A stretch of 64,000 bases of DNA from the NCBI GenBank assembly GCA_963666285.1, contig OY762711.1; one strand, 5' to 3'. This document shows positions 44,426 to 55,000 of the stretch, piece by piece. Below the pieces are notes generated by a model. It had not been told where the DNA came from, ran no database searches, and worked only from the letters and a program-made list of their open reading frames with translations. Origin of the DNA: Sedimentisphaerales bacterium. GTDB lineage: Bacteria > Planctomycetota > Phycisphaerae > Sedimentisphaerales > SM23-30. The first letter of the stretch is position 1, and each line of letters opens with the position of its first letter. Made by a program: the position numbers and the translations under genes.

Positions 44426-47400
44426 ATGATGGTGAAATATCAAATCTTATTAAATTTATTTGTATTTTTGTTATTAGCGGCAGTATCGGCTTATCCTGCC
44501 TCTTTGCAGCTGGGTACAGAACAGCCTTCTATTGCTGCGTCAGATGTGGCAAATCTAATTGGAGCTGCAGCAGACCATGATAATGTTGGGAATTCAACCG
44601 CCGACGGGAACGGCAATGATTCTACGACCTATATATCTTATGACAGGGCTGCCCAGGGGCAGACATTTAAAACTCCCGGCAGTGCTCTGGCCTACACGCT
44701 GAGAGCTGTAACAATTCGTCATACCGGTTATACTTCTAATACTGACGCTACTTGGTACAGAATGTCAGCGGGAGGCACATTTACTATAAGAGTAACAGAC
44801 CCGTCGTTAGGCGGATCATCGGCAATGGTGCTGAGTTCTGAAACTTATGCTGTGACTGGCTTAGAAGATAATATATTTTCTGTTAATACTGTATCAAGTT
44901 CTACCAATGGAACAGGCACATGGTTTACTTTTAATTTGGATACACCGGTAGAACTTGCTCCAAATACATTATATGGCTTTGATATAAGTTCAACGGATTC
45001 CTTTTTGGAAACTGTGGGTATAAAAGATACTGCTTCTGGTGGGAATCCCTATGCTGACGGATCTGCATATATCAGTGGATCAGGTGGTGCCGGAGCTAAT
45101 ACCATTAGTGCAGCTCCAGGAGACCGTGTTTTTATTGTACATTTGAATGCTATATCTCCGTCAGACGGAGATTTAAACTATAACGGGAAAGTAGACTTAT
45201 ACGATGTTGCAGTATTGGCAAATAATATAGAATATCAGGTTTATCTCAATACTCTCAAAAACATTGCTGCCAATTGGCTCAATGTTAATCCGCCTGTATT
45301 CAAAAATGATATAATAACCGCAAGAGATGCAATTATAGACGAATCATACGATGGCGATATATTTGATGAAGTAATCTATTATAATACTAATGCCTTAACA
45401 TTTGAAAAAAATGATGGTCCTGAATGGCTGACTATTACACCTGATGGCATTTTGTTAGGTAAACCGTTGGAATCAGATGAAGGTTTAAATACGTTTACGG
45501 TTCAGGTGATATCTGAAAAAAATATTGCAGTTCAGGTTGTATTACAGATAAACGTAATAAATGATCCAACTGACGTTAAATTTCTGGAGTCGGTACCATT
45601 CACAGACGTGGCTTTTGAGGACGAGTTCTGGCGGCCTCGTCTGGAAATTAATAGGGAAGTAACCGTACCATATATTTTCGATCAGCTGGAAGGTAAATAC
45701 GATTCGTCGCACAATAGAATTGACAATTTCTCAATTGCAGGCGGACTGATGACCGGTACTCCTCAGTATGATTTCCCATTTGATGATACAGATATTTATA
45801 AAACACTTGAGGGTGCCAGTTATTCGCTTATGGTTTCACCAGATGCCGAGTTGGAACAGTATCTTGACGATTTGATTGTTAAAATTGCCGCCGCCCAGGC
45901 AGCCGAAGGTGATGGATATTTATATACAGTCAGAACAAATGGGTTGGCTAACGATCATTGGGGCGGTACCGCCCGCTGGTATAGCTTGAAAATGAGTCAT
46001 GAGTTATATAATGCCGGTCACTTATTTGAGGCTGCAATAGCTCATTACCAGGCAACTGGAAAAACATCATTGCTGAATATTGCCAGGAACTTTGCCAATT
46101 TGCTGGTCGATACTTTTCACGATGGCGGTGTTGAAATTCCGCCGGGACATGAGATAGTAGAGTCTGCCCTGGCACGATTATATGATGTTACAGGTGATGT
46201 TGATTATTTAAATCTCGCTAAGTATTTTCTAGATATTCGAGGTACTGTAACTGATGATTATAGCCCGTGGGGTACTTACCATCAGGATCACTTACCGGTG
46301 CTTCAGCAAAATGAGGCAGTTGGACATGTAGTTCGAGCTATATATATGTACCTGGGTATGGCTGATGTTGCTGCCAGAACCGGAGACTATCAGTATCGAG
46401 ATGAGCTGATGGCCGCTCTGGATAGAATCTGGCATAGCGTCAATGACACCAAGGCGTATATTACCGGCGGATTAGGCGCTTCTCATGGCGGTGAATCTTT
46501 CGGCAGTCCATATGACCTGCCTCATGACGGATATTGTGAGACTTGTGCCCAGATAGCAAATGTGATGTGGAACCAGCGTATGTTCCTGTTCCATAAGGAT
46601 GGGAAGTATATCGATGTTTTGGAACGTACACTTTATAACTCTGTTACCAGTGGTGTTTCACTTGATGGTAATAGATTTTTCTATCCGAATCCGCTGATTT
46701 CGACAGGGGGATACACCCGCAGCGGCTGGTTTGATTGTAATTGCTGCCTTGGCAATATTGCAAGGATGATTCCATCGGTACCGGGCTATGTATATTGCAA
46801 GGATGAAGATGAGATTTATGTGAACCTCTATGTTGCCGGCACCGGCACAATTGCTCTGGTTGATAATGATGTTACTCTTACCCAGACTGGAAACTATCCA
46901 TGGGATGGTGATATGTCAATAGCGGTTGATCCCGATACGACGGGAGCGTTTACCATAAATATGCGTATACCCGGATGGACGCAAAACCAGCCATTACCGA
47001 GTGATCTGTACTATTATGAGAATCAAAGCACTGATGTTGTTGCATTGGATGTAAACGGTACGTCGGTTCCATTAAATATTAATAAAGGTTATGTTTCTAT
47101 TAACCGTACCTGGCAAGCCGGTGATACAATAAATATCTCTTTGCCGATGGCTGTTCGGAAGGTGCATGCAAATTCAAAAATTGCGGCATGTGCCGGCCAG
47201 GTTGCACTGGAACGAGGCCCGATTGTATATTGTGCGGAATGGCCCGATTACGACAGCAAGTCAGTATTTCATTTGTTTATTCCGGATGAGGTTCAGTTCG
47301 ATGTAGAATACCTGGAAAATATGCTGGGTGATTCATCCATAACTAATAAGGGAAATGTAATCACCGGTGTTGTAAAAGGCATGTTCGAAGATGATGACGG

Positions 47401-48172
47401 TGCAATTATCCAGCAGGATGAAGTTTTCCGGGCGATTCCATATTATGCCTGGGCGCATCGCGGGGCAGGCCAGATGACAGTATGGTTTCCTGATAATCCA
47501 GAGCTTGCTACTCCGGTTTTGCAGCCTACTCCAAAAGAAATATCAGGATATTGGTGTTTTGATGAAATCAGCGGTATCACTGCATATGACAGCAGTGGTA
47601 ATGGTATCGACGGTGTATTGAGTAATGGTTTGACTTTTGATACCGGAACCGTTAGCGGGCAAGTTGGGAACGCTTTGTCGTTTGACGGTAATGACCAGTA
47701 TGTTGATTTACCAACCGGATTAAGTGATTTTACCAAAGGCTGTACAATTTCGTTATGGGTATATCCAACAGATGTTCAGAACTGGTCTCGTTTTGTAGAC
47801 TTTGGTAATGGCTCATCTTCTGATAATATCTGGTTTGGCAGGCGATCCAATTCAAACGATCTGGCTTTTGAATGCTGGTCTGGCAGTAGCAGTAACGGCC
47901 TGGTTTATGCCGAAGATGTGATTAATCTGAATGAATGGCAGATGTTTACCGTAACGGTTGACAGTACCGGCAATGTCAGGCTATTCAAAGACGGCAGCCT
48001 GATACAAACCGGGACATCTATGCCGACAAGCGTAAACCGTACAAATAATTATCTTGGCCGCAGTAACTGGCCTGCGGATGATTATTACCAGGGCTATATG
48101 GATGATGTGCGGGTATATAATTATAATCTTACCGACAGTGAGGTTATGGCTGTATTTACAGCTTCAAACTGA
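44426..48172 (+). CDS. Modular GH127 beta-L-arabinofuranosidase-like hydrolase (N-domain, dockerin-like, Ig, GH127, LamG)
   Basis: 'FPFDDTDIYKTLEGASY', 'HELYNAGHLFEAAIAHY', 'AVGHVVRA', 'YCETCA', 'WFDCNCCLGN', 'ALERGPIVYCAE'; C-terminal LamG. Confidence 0.92.
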   Translation: MMVKYQILLNLFVFLLLAAVSAYPASLQLGTEQPSIAASDVANLIGAAADHDNVGNSTADGNGNDSTTYISYDRAAQGQTFKTPGSALAYTLRAVTIRHTGYTSNTDATWYRMSAGGTFTIRVTDPSLGGSSAMVLSSETYAVTGLEDNIFSVNTVSSSTNGTGTWFTFNLDTPVELAPNTLYGFDISSTDSFLETVGIKDTASGGNPYADGSAYISGSGGAGANTISAAPGDRVFIVHLNAISPSDGDLNYNGKVDLYDVAVLANNIEYQVYLNTLKNIAANWLNVNPPVFKNDIITARDAIIDESYDGDIFDEVIYYNTNALTFEKNDGPEWLTITPDGILLGKPLESDEGLNTFTVQVISEKNIAVQVVLQINVINDPTDVKFLESVPFTDVAFEDEFWRPRLEINREVTVPYIFDQLEGKYDSSHNRIDNFSIAGGLMTGTPQYDFPFDDTDIYKTLEGASYSLMVSPDAELEQYLDDLIVKIAAAQAAEGDGYLYTVRTNGLANDHWGGTARWYSLKMSHELYNAGHLFEAAIAHYQATGKTSLLNIARNFANLLVDTFHDGGVEIPPGHEIVESALARLYDVTGDVDYLNLAKYFLDIRGTVTDDYSPWGTYHQDHLPVLQQNEAVGHVVRAIYMYLGMADVAARTGDYQYRDELMAALDRIWHSVNDTKAYITGGLGASHGGESFGSPYDLPHDGYCETCAQIANVMWNQRMFLFHKDGKYIDVLERTLYNSVTSGVSLDGNRFFYPNPLISTGGYTRSGWFDCNCCLGNIARMIPSVPGYVYCKDEDEIYVNLYVAGTGTIALVDNDVTLTQTGNYPWDGDMSIAVDPDTTGAFTINMRIPGWTQNQPLPSDLYYYENQSTDVVALDVNGTSVPLNINKGYVSINRTWQAGDTINISLPMAVRKVHANSKIAACAGQVALERGPIVYCAEWPDYDSKSVFHLFIPDEVQFDVEYLENMLGDSSITNKGNVITGVVKGMFEDDDGAIIQQDEVFRAIPYYAWAHRGAGQMTVWFPDNPELATPVLQPTPKEISGYWCFDEISGITAYDSSGNGIDGVLSNGLTFDTGTVSGQVGNALSFDGNDQYVDLPTGLSDFTKGCTISLWVYPTDVQNWSRFVDFGNGSSSDNIWFGRRSNSNDLAFECWSGSSSNGLVYAEDVINLNEWQMFTVTVDSTGNVRLFKDGSLIQTGTSMPTSVNRTNNYLGRSNWPADDYYQGYMDDVRVYNYNLTDSEVMAVFTASN

Positions 48173-48202
48173 TAAGTTTTATGATACGTTTAAAATGCTA
48201 AA

Positions 48203-48228
48203 CAGGCCTGGAAATAATTCCGGGCCTG
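48203..48228. terminator. Stem-loop between convergent GH127 and GH43 genes
   Basis: CAGGCCTGGAA-ATAA-TTCCGGGCCTG. Confidence 0.6.
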
Positions 48229-48273
48229 CTTAACATATAAGTGTAGTATTGTATAAAAAATTATTAGTCTGTT

Positions 48274-49977
48274 TTATTTGATCCTGAACCAGTCGAAATC
48301 GGCATAGCCGCCATGATGGCTTTTACTGCGAATTCGATCACAGAAGATTCCTACTTTGGCACCAATCCACCTGTTAGGTTCAGCGGTAAAACTTTTACCT
48401 ATAATAGAATATTTCTTATCATCAAGACTGTAGCTGAACTGGCATTGAGCGTCAGGTCCGGATACCTGAACACGCAGATATACAGTATTACTGGCGACAG
48501 CAGCTTCTTCAATAACTTCCTCCGAATTGCCTTTGTGACCGTCAATGCAGACAGATTGAGTAATGACTAACTGATCATCTTTTAGCGAGAGAGTCAGGCA
48601 GGCATAGCTATAACCCATAATAGTCAAACCTGCGCGAGTTTCGCGACCCATAGGTGTCAGGGTCATTTTAGTAGTTGCAATGAAATCCGGTGCAGGAAAT
48701 TTCTGTAGTAACACATTTCCGGCATCACGCAGGTTTACCGCATCTTCAGGAAGAGGATGGGAAAACAGCCTCAGGTATTCTGTTTGTGTTGATAGGGTAT
48801 GCCAGGTCATTTTGGGGTTTGCCTGCCATTGCCATTGCAGACCAAGTGTATCTGAGTTAAATTCATCATCTGTCAGAGGGCCCATGACAGGCATGGCTCC
48901 TGGTGCAGCAGGTTTATTGTGAGTTTTTACTGGTTCAAATTTGCAGATTGCCTCGTTGAAGCTGCCTATTTCCGGCCAGTTGTCTTCCCAGGTCATTGGC
49001 TGAAGGTGGACTATGCGGCCGTAAGCGTCACGGTCCTGAAAATGGATAAACCATGAATTACCGGCAGGAGTATCAACCCAGCCGCCCTGGTGAGGTCCGT
49101 TAATGGCAGTTGATCCCTGTTCCAGAACGATTTTATCTTCATAGGGGCCGAAGATATCTTTTGATCTTAGTGCGGCCTGCCAGCCGGTTTTTACACCGCC
49201 TGCCGGAGCCAGGATATAATAATACCCGTTACGCTTGTATAATTTTGGACCTTCTATTGTTGGGTGGTGGTCATGCCCATCAAAAATATGTTTACCTTCA
49301 TCTTCAACTTCTGTACCATCACTATTCATTTTACGAATAGTTAACAGGCTTTTAATACCGGCTCGGCTGGCTGCCCAGGCATGAACAAGATAAGCCTGGC
49401 CATCGTCATCCCAAAAAGGACATGGGTCAATAATCCCGTTTCCTGGAAGCACTAAAACCGGTTCTTCCCATGGTCCGCGTATGTTTTTGGTGCGTACCAT
49501 AAAGACACCATTATCAGGATCACCCCAATAGATATAAAAGTAATGATTATGATAACGGATACTAGGTGCCCAAACACCTTTTCCGTGTTGAGGTCTGTCA
49601 AATTCCTTAACGGGATATTTATCCAGTGCGTGTCCAATTAATTCCCAGTTCACCAGGTCTTTCGAATGTAGAATTGGCAAACCTGGAATAGAAGAAAAGC
49701 TCGATGCTGTCATATAGTAGTCGTTCTCAACTCTAATAACATCAGGGTCGGAATAATCAGCGTAAAGAATAGGGTTGCTGTAGGTTTCATTGCCGTTATC
49801 AGCAATCCAGCAGTCAGAGGTGTATGGCAGACTGCTTTTAGATGAACTCTTTTCATCTGATAAAAGGATACTGTCAGGTTTGTTGTTTTTTGATCCTTTA
49901 ATTTCCGAGTTGTTAATAATATCAGCCAAAATACAGCTTTCCAATACCGAAGTAATAATTATAATAACTTGCCACAC
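48274..49977 (-). CDS. GH43 beta-xylosidase/arabinofuranosidase with C-terminal beta-sandwich
   Basis: 'NPILYADYSDPDVIRV', 'HSKDLVNW', 'GVWAPSIRYH', 'IDPCPFWDDDG', 'IEGPKLYK', 'GPHQGG'. Confidence 0.93.
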   Translation of the reverse strand: MWQVIIIITSVLESCILADIINNSEIKGSKNNKPDSILLSDEKSSSKSSLPYTSDCWIADNGNETYSNPILYADYSDPDVIRVENDYYMTASSFSSIPGLPILHSKDLVNWELIGHALDKYPVKEFDRPQHGKGVWAPSIRYHNHYFYIYWGDPDNGVFMVRTKNIRGPWEEPVLVLPGNGIIDPCPFWDDDGQAYLVHAWAASRAGIKSLLTIRKMNSDGTEVEDEGKHIFDGHDHHPTIEGPKLYKRNGYYYILAPAGGVKTGWQAALRSKDIFGPYEDKIVLEQGSTAINGPHQGGWVDTPAGNSWFIHFQDRDAYGRIVHLQPMTWEDNWPEIGSFNEAICKFEPVKTHNKPAAPGAMPVMGPLTDDEFNSDTLGLQWQWQANPKMTWHTLSTQTEYLRLFSHPLPEDAVNLRDAGNVLLQKFPAPDFIATTKMTLTPMGRETRAGLTIMGYSYACLTLSLKDDQLVITQSVCIDGHKGNSEEVIEEAAVASNTVYLRVQVSGPDAQCQFSYSLDDKKYSIIGKSFTAEPNRWIGAKVGIFCDRIRSKSHHGGYADFDWFRIK

Positions 49978-50097
49978 AATAAACCTTTTGTCTTTGTAAT
50001 CATTCTATTTCATGCACTTACATATATAATTACATATTTGACATGCATAAAAAATCATCCTTGAAAATAGAATTAAATGCTTATCTCCTATGTGGTT

Positions 50098-50162
50098 ATT
50101 ATGCTTAATTTCAGTAGTTAAAACAAGTTGAATTCGCGCATAATTGGAGGTTATTTCGCGCA
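50098..50162 (-). promoter_or_regulatory. Promoter of GH43 with tandem XylR-type activator boxes
   Basis: On the - strand: TGCGCGAAAT and TGCGCGAATT (22-bp period), then TTGTTT, 17 bp, CATAAT. Confidence 0.6.
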
Positions 50163-50314
50163 TTTACATTTTAATAAGAGTTATTTAGGGGGAATTAATT
50201 TTAAACTCATATATTAATAAAAGTATATTAATAGTTTAATTTCGCAGTTTTTAAGTTGCATTAACGAAGTGCCTCTGGTAAATCGCCTAAAAGGGCCTTC
50301 CTGCAATGCTTATG

Positions 50315-50380
50315 TTTAAAACAAAGCGTGAGACGATAGTCGAACACCTTAATTTTTCACTTCATTATTCATTTTTCACT
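50315..50380. repeat. Dispersed copy of the hairpin + heptamer element at 30658-30725
   Basis: AAACAAAGCGTGA-GAC GATA GTC-GAACACCTTAATTTTTCACTTCATTATTCATTTTTCA versus AAACAAGCCGTGA-GCC GTTA GGC-GAACACCTTAATTTTTCACTTTTAATTATTCATTTTTCA. Confidence 0.8.
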
Positions 50381-50478
50381 TTGTTGGCCCTGTTCTGGCC
50401 TTTGTGCATAATAATGAACAGTCAAAAGTGCGATGCCGCACTTAATATATGGAAAATATGAGGATTATGTGGAGGGTT

Positions 50479-51696
50479 TTATTCGGTATCAGTTTTTGCA
50501 GAATTGTGTGCCGGACGATGCTGCTGGCGGTATTTATGCGGCAGCATGCCGGTGATATCCAGAAATGTGCGTCGCATATTTGAACTGTAATGGAAACCGG
50601 AACGCAGTGCGATAGCGTCAATAGACAGATCAGTTTCCAGTAGTAAATTTCTGGCAACGAGGAAATGAGCGTGGATAATTTTATTATGAATTGATGTATT
50701 GAGTGTCTGATGAAATTTCATTTGCAGCGATCGTTTGCTGATATTGACATGCTTGGCGACATCATCAACCTGCATAGGCTCGCTGTTGTGAGCGCGAACA
50801 TATTTTAATGCTTTGACAACATCAGGGTCATCAATTGCAAAAATATCGGTAGAAATACGCTCTTTTACCTGTTTAGGATGTATATTTATCCGCTGGCCGC
50901 TCATTGTTTCTTTCCCGGTAATAATCTGTTCAAGTAGGGCGGCAGCTTCATATCCGGCTTTATTAAGGTTCAGGTCGATACTTGATAGATAAGGTATGCA
51001 GATATTGCACATAGCTTCATTGTTATCTATGCCTAGTATTGCAATATCATCCGGGACAGACAAACCGCATTCCTGAGTGGTATAGCTTAAATGGCAGCCT
51101 TGTATATCACAGCTGGCAAGTATAGCAGCAGGCTTGGGCAGCCCTTTCAGCCAGTTAATCAATTCCTGCTGGCTGCGTTTCATAGTTGTGTCAGTCCATA
51201 GTTTGGCAAAGGAAAGCAGGTCGTTAGTGACATGAATCGAGTCGCCTTCAAAAGTATGCAGAGTTTTTCCTGCTTTGGCGACAATGTCAGAGAACTGACT
51301 TAACCTTTCATAGGTCCATCGGACATCAGTCATGCCGAAGAAGCCGAAATGTTCAAACTGCTTTTCTGATAAATAATCAAATGCCAGCTGGGCTACTTCG
51401 CGTGAATTGGTGCTTATATATGGTATCTCATGCATGTCCTGTAAGGTTGCATAAGCGATCACCGGCATGCCGGTGCTGGTAAGTTCTTTTGCTTTGGCAT
51501 AAGTAGGTACGCTGGCAATAGCTCCCTGGCAACCCAGTTTCTTGAGAAATGCTAAAGACTCCATTGAATTGTCCGGCCATGGTATCAGCTGAATACGGCC
51601 GGTATTTCTGACATATTGAGTTATGCCGGTGCTAAGCCCTTTATCGGTATGGCCGTTTTCATTATGTGCGAATGCTATTTTTATCTGATTTTTCAT
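50479..51696 (-). CDS. XylR-type transcriptional regulator (periplasmic-binding-protein-like domain + AraC HTH)
   Basis: 'WLKGLPKPAAI...VPDDIAILGIDN...LSSIDLN..KAGYEAAALL', 'STDIFAIDDPDVVKALKYVR', 'VDDVAKHVNISKRSLQMKF', 'IALRSGF'. Confidence 0.9.
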   Translation of the reverse strand: MKNQIKIAFAHNENGHTDKGLSTGITQYVRNTGRIQLIPWPDNSMESLAFLKKLGCQGAIASVPTYAKAKELTSTGMPVIAYATLQDMHEIPYISTNSREVAQLAFDYLSEKQFEHFGFFGMTDVRWTYERLSQFSDIVAKAGKTLHTFEGDSIHVTNDLLSFAKLWTDTTMKRSQQELINWLKGLPKPAAILASCDIQGCHLSYTTQECGLSVPDDIAILGIDNNEAMCNICIPYLSSIDLNLNKAGYEAAALLEQIITGKETMSGQRINIHPKQVKERISTDIFAIDDPDVVKALKYVRAHNSEPMQVDDVAKHVNISKRSLQMKFHQTLNTSIHNKIIHAHFLVARNLLLETDLSIDAIALRSGFHYSSNMRRTFLDITGMLPHKYRQQHRPAHNSAKTDTE

Positions 51697-51824
51697 GATA
51701 TCCAGAGAGAACCAAAATTCGAATATATAAAACACGTCCAGAAACTATAATTCCTACAAAATATCAGTTTTTTCTCTGATAGTCAAGCCCTTCTTGCAAA
51801 AAAGTTGTCAACAAACCTTTATTT

Positions 51825-51888
51825 TGCGCAAAATAGATTTTTTTTAGGCACAATAATGTCTTGTTGAATTTCTTTTTTTTTAGAGAAT
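51825..51888 (+). promoter_or_regulatory. Promoter of the pectin operon with tandem XylR-type activator boxes
   Basis: TGCGCAAAAT (51825) and GGCACAATAA (51847), 22-bp period; TTGTTG at 51861; GAGAAT at 51883. Confidence 0.5.
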
Positions 51889-52070
51889 GAAACTAAGAGT
51901 ATTGGCCTGTAAATATCTAAATAATCTGTGTTATTACTGCGAAGGAAAATTAGCTGTAATTCTGTGTTAAAAATACTAAAAGGTAAATAGTTTTACATCT
52001 ATATTTGAATTGTGTATATATAGTATCATATTAGTATGATGAATTCTTGAGTAAGGAAGTACTTAATAAA

Positions 52071-55000
52071 ATGATAAGAGGTCGAAACAGTTTATTCAGC
52101 CTGTTTGGCATGATTTCACTGGCGTTTTTTTTTTCAGTCATAAATTGTAATCTAATTGCAGCAGTTCCGGCTGGTATTACAAACGATATTGAATATGGAA
52201 GTGCCGGAGGGCAAAAACTTCTGCTGGACGCTTTTGTGCCTGTAGAAGGTGATAATCATCCAATTGTTATCATGATCCATGGCGGAGGCTGGGTTGGTGG
52301 TGATAAGCAGGATATGAGTCTGCTGTATCATTCCTTGATCGAATCTGACTTTACCTGGTTTTCAATTAATTACAGGCTGGCTCCGGAGCATCGCTGGCCG
52401 GCATGTCTCGAAGATGTTCAAACTGCTATTAAATGGGTAAAAGCAAATGCATCGGATTTTAAGGGCAATCCCGATAAAATAGCATTAGTCGGGTATTCTG
52501 CCGGTGGACATTTAGCCTGTTTAGCTGCAACCAAAGAGTCTGTGCAGGCAGTTGTTGGGCTTGCTGCACCGACCGACCACCTGGCAGATTCCGGCCGTCG
52601 CGGCGGTGCAAGTGAGTGTATGCAGAAGCTTCTTGATTGCCAGAAGAAAATTGATAGCAATGTTAAAAAGAAGCTTAATGATATTTCACCGATAAACTAT
52701 CTGTCAGCTGAATTGCCGCCTTATTTGCTTATTCATGGTACCGAAGATAGGAGTGTACCTTATTCTCAGTCTATTAATTTCCAGGCAGGTCTAAAAAAGC
52801 TGAATGTTCCATGTGATTTGATGACAATTGAGGGGGCACCTCATAGAATATCAGAATGGAATAAATATTATGGAAAAGATTTCAGGCCTGAATTTGTCAG
52901 TTGGCTTAAGAAAACCCTGGATAGTGGAAAAGTAACTTCAGGTGATCTGGAATCCCAGACAATAACAGTCAGTCAGGATGGAAATGGTGATTTTAAGACT
53001 GTGCAGGCAGCCGTTGATTCGGTAACAGATTTTTCCAAGAATAAGACGGTTATAAAGATAAGGCCTGGTAATTATAAAGAAAGGATTGTTATCCCGCGAT
53101 CCAAATGTTTTATCCACTTTGTAGGTGAAGATGCTAAAAAAACAATATTGACATATGATCTTTATGCCGGGATTAAGGGTGCTGACGGAAAGGAAATAGG
53201 AACATTCCGGACACCGTCTGTGACGATTGAGGCAGATGATATAGTTATGGAAAACATCACAATTGAAAATAGTGCCGGTGATGTTGGCCAGGCGGTTGCT
53301 TTAGCTGTATTAGGAGACCGGATTGTCTTCAGGAATTGCCGATTGCTGGGCTGGCAGGATACTCTGCTGGATCAGGCAGGCAGACATTATTATGAGAATT
53401 GCTATATCGCCGGGCATTGTGATTTTATCTTTGGCGGTGGCACGGCATTCTTCGAAAAATGTCATATACATTGTATTTCTGCCAGTTATATAACAGCTGC
53501 TTCTACCCCGCAATATCAGAAATACGGTTATATATTTTCCAATTGCAGGATTACCGGTGAGCCGGAAAAGGCCAAGGTGTACCTGGGCCGACCATGGCGA
53601 GATTATGCTTATGTTGCATATCTGAATTGTGAAATGGAAGATATGATACGGCCGCAGGGCTGGCATAACTGGGGAAAGCCGAATCGTGAAAAGACTTCCC
53701 GTTATTATGAGTATAACAATTCCGGGCCGGGAGCGAATCAGGATAAAAGAGTATCCTGGCTTAAAGTGTTAACAGATGAGCAGGCAGAGCAGTTAACGCC
53801 GGAAAATGTTTTATCCGGTACAGATAGTTGGAATCCGTTGACAGGTATATCTCAGCCGTCTGTTGAGTTGAGCAGAACTCAAGGCGAGGCTCGTGAACTG
53901 GTTGAAAAAGTAAAAAAAAATAAGAATGTATACCTGGCTGTTAATAACAGCAGTGAAAATAGTGATGGACTATATCTGACATACAGCTATGATGGCTTTA
54001 AGTGGGAAGCACTGGGAGCTCCACTTATTACTGTTCAGCCGGGAGACCGGAAAAAGATGCTGAATGCCGGTCTGTTGAGAGATAAGGATGGTACTTTTCA
54101 CCTTATCTGGCAGGCTGGTGAGAGGCCGGAAACCGGTTTTGGTTATGCCTGGTCTAAAGACCTGAAGAACTGGTCCGAACAGAAATATATCAATCTTATG
54201 AGCGAGCATAAGGCTTATGATCTTATAAACCCTCATATTTATTATGATACCAATCTGTCAAAATACATAATAACCTGGGCTTCGACTCTACCGGGAAACT
54301 ACTACCAGGCTTACCAGGAAGATGCAGACAATAATCCCCGTTTATGGTTTACTGTAACAGATGATTTTGAAACTTTTGCCCCGGCAAAAAACTTTATTGA
54401 ACCCGGATATCGTATCGATGATGCGATAATAGTTAAAGATGATAATCAGTATGTGCTGGTCCATGAGGACAGCAGGAAAAGATATCGTACTTTGCGTTTT
54501 GCCTTTTCCGATTCGCCTTTTAAGCCCTGGCAGAGATTCACTGGCGGTCTAACCTTTGATTCAGTAAGTTCTCCTGTTGTGCTGGAAGAAGATGATATAC
54601 ATGTTGTCTATTACAAGAATGATAATGATGGTTACAATGCATTAATTACTGAGGATTTCAGGCATTGCACCGATATTTCAGATGAGATATCGATTCCGAC
54701 CGAGGTAAAGCTGGGGGATATAGTAAAAGTTGACCTTGCTGCTTTACAGGGGCTGATGAAATATGCAGAAAGGGCAACTGGAGAAAACAGCATTGTAACC
54801 AGGGAAGAAATAGAGCCGATAAGGGCACCTTTCCCTATGCCGGAGTTAAAGAGACCGGAGATTCCCGGAACAATATTTGATATTCGTGAATATGGTGCTG
54901 TAAATGACGGCAAAACATATAATACAAAAGCTTTTGCTGCTGCAATAAAAGATTGTGTTGAAGCAGGTGGTGGGCGGGTGCTTGTGCCGTCAGGAAAATG

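Noticed and set aside
49978..50013. GH43 gene as a pseudogene with a disrupted N-terminus (in-frame ATG AAA TAG upstream)
   Set aside because: The GTG at 49977 has a plausible AAAGG RBS and is followed by a hydrophobic stretch, so the gene can be intact.
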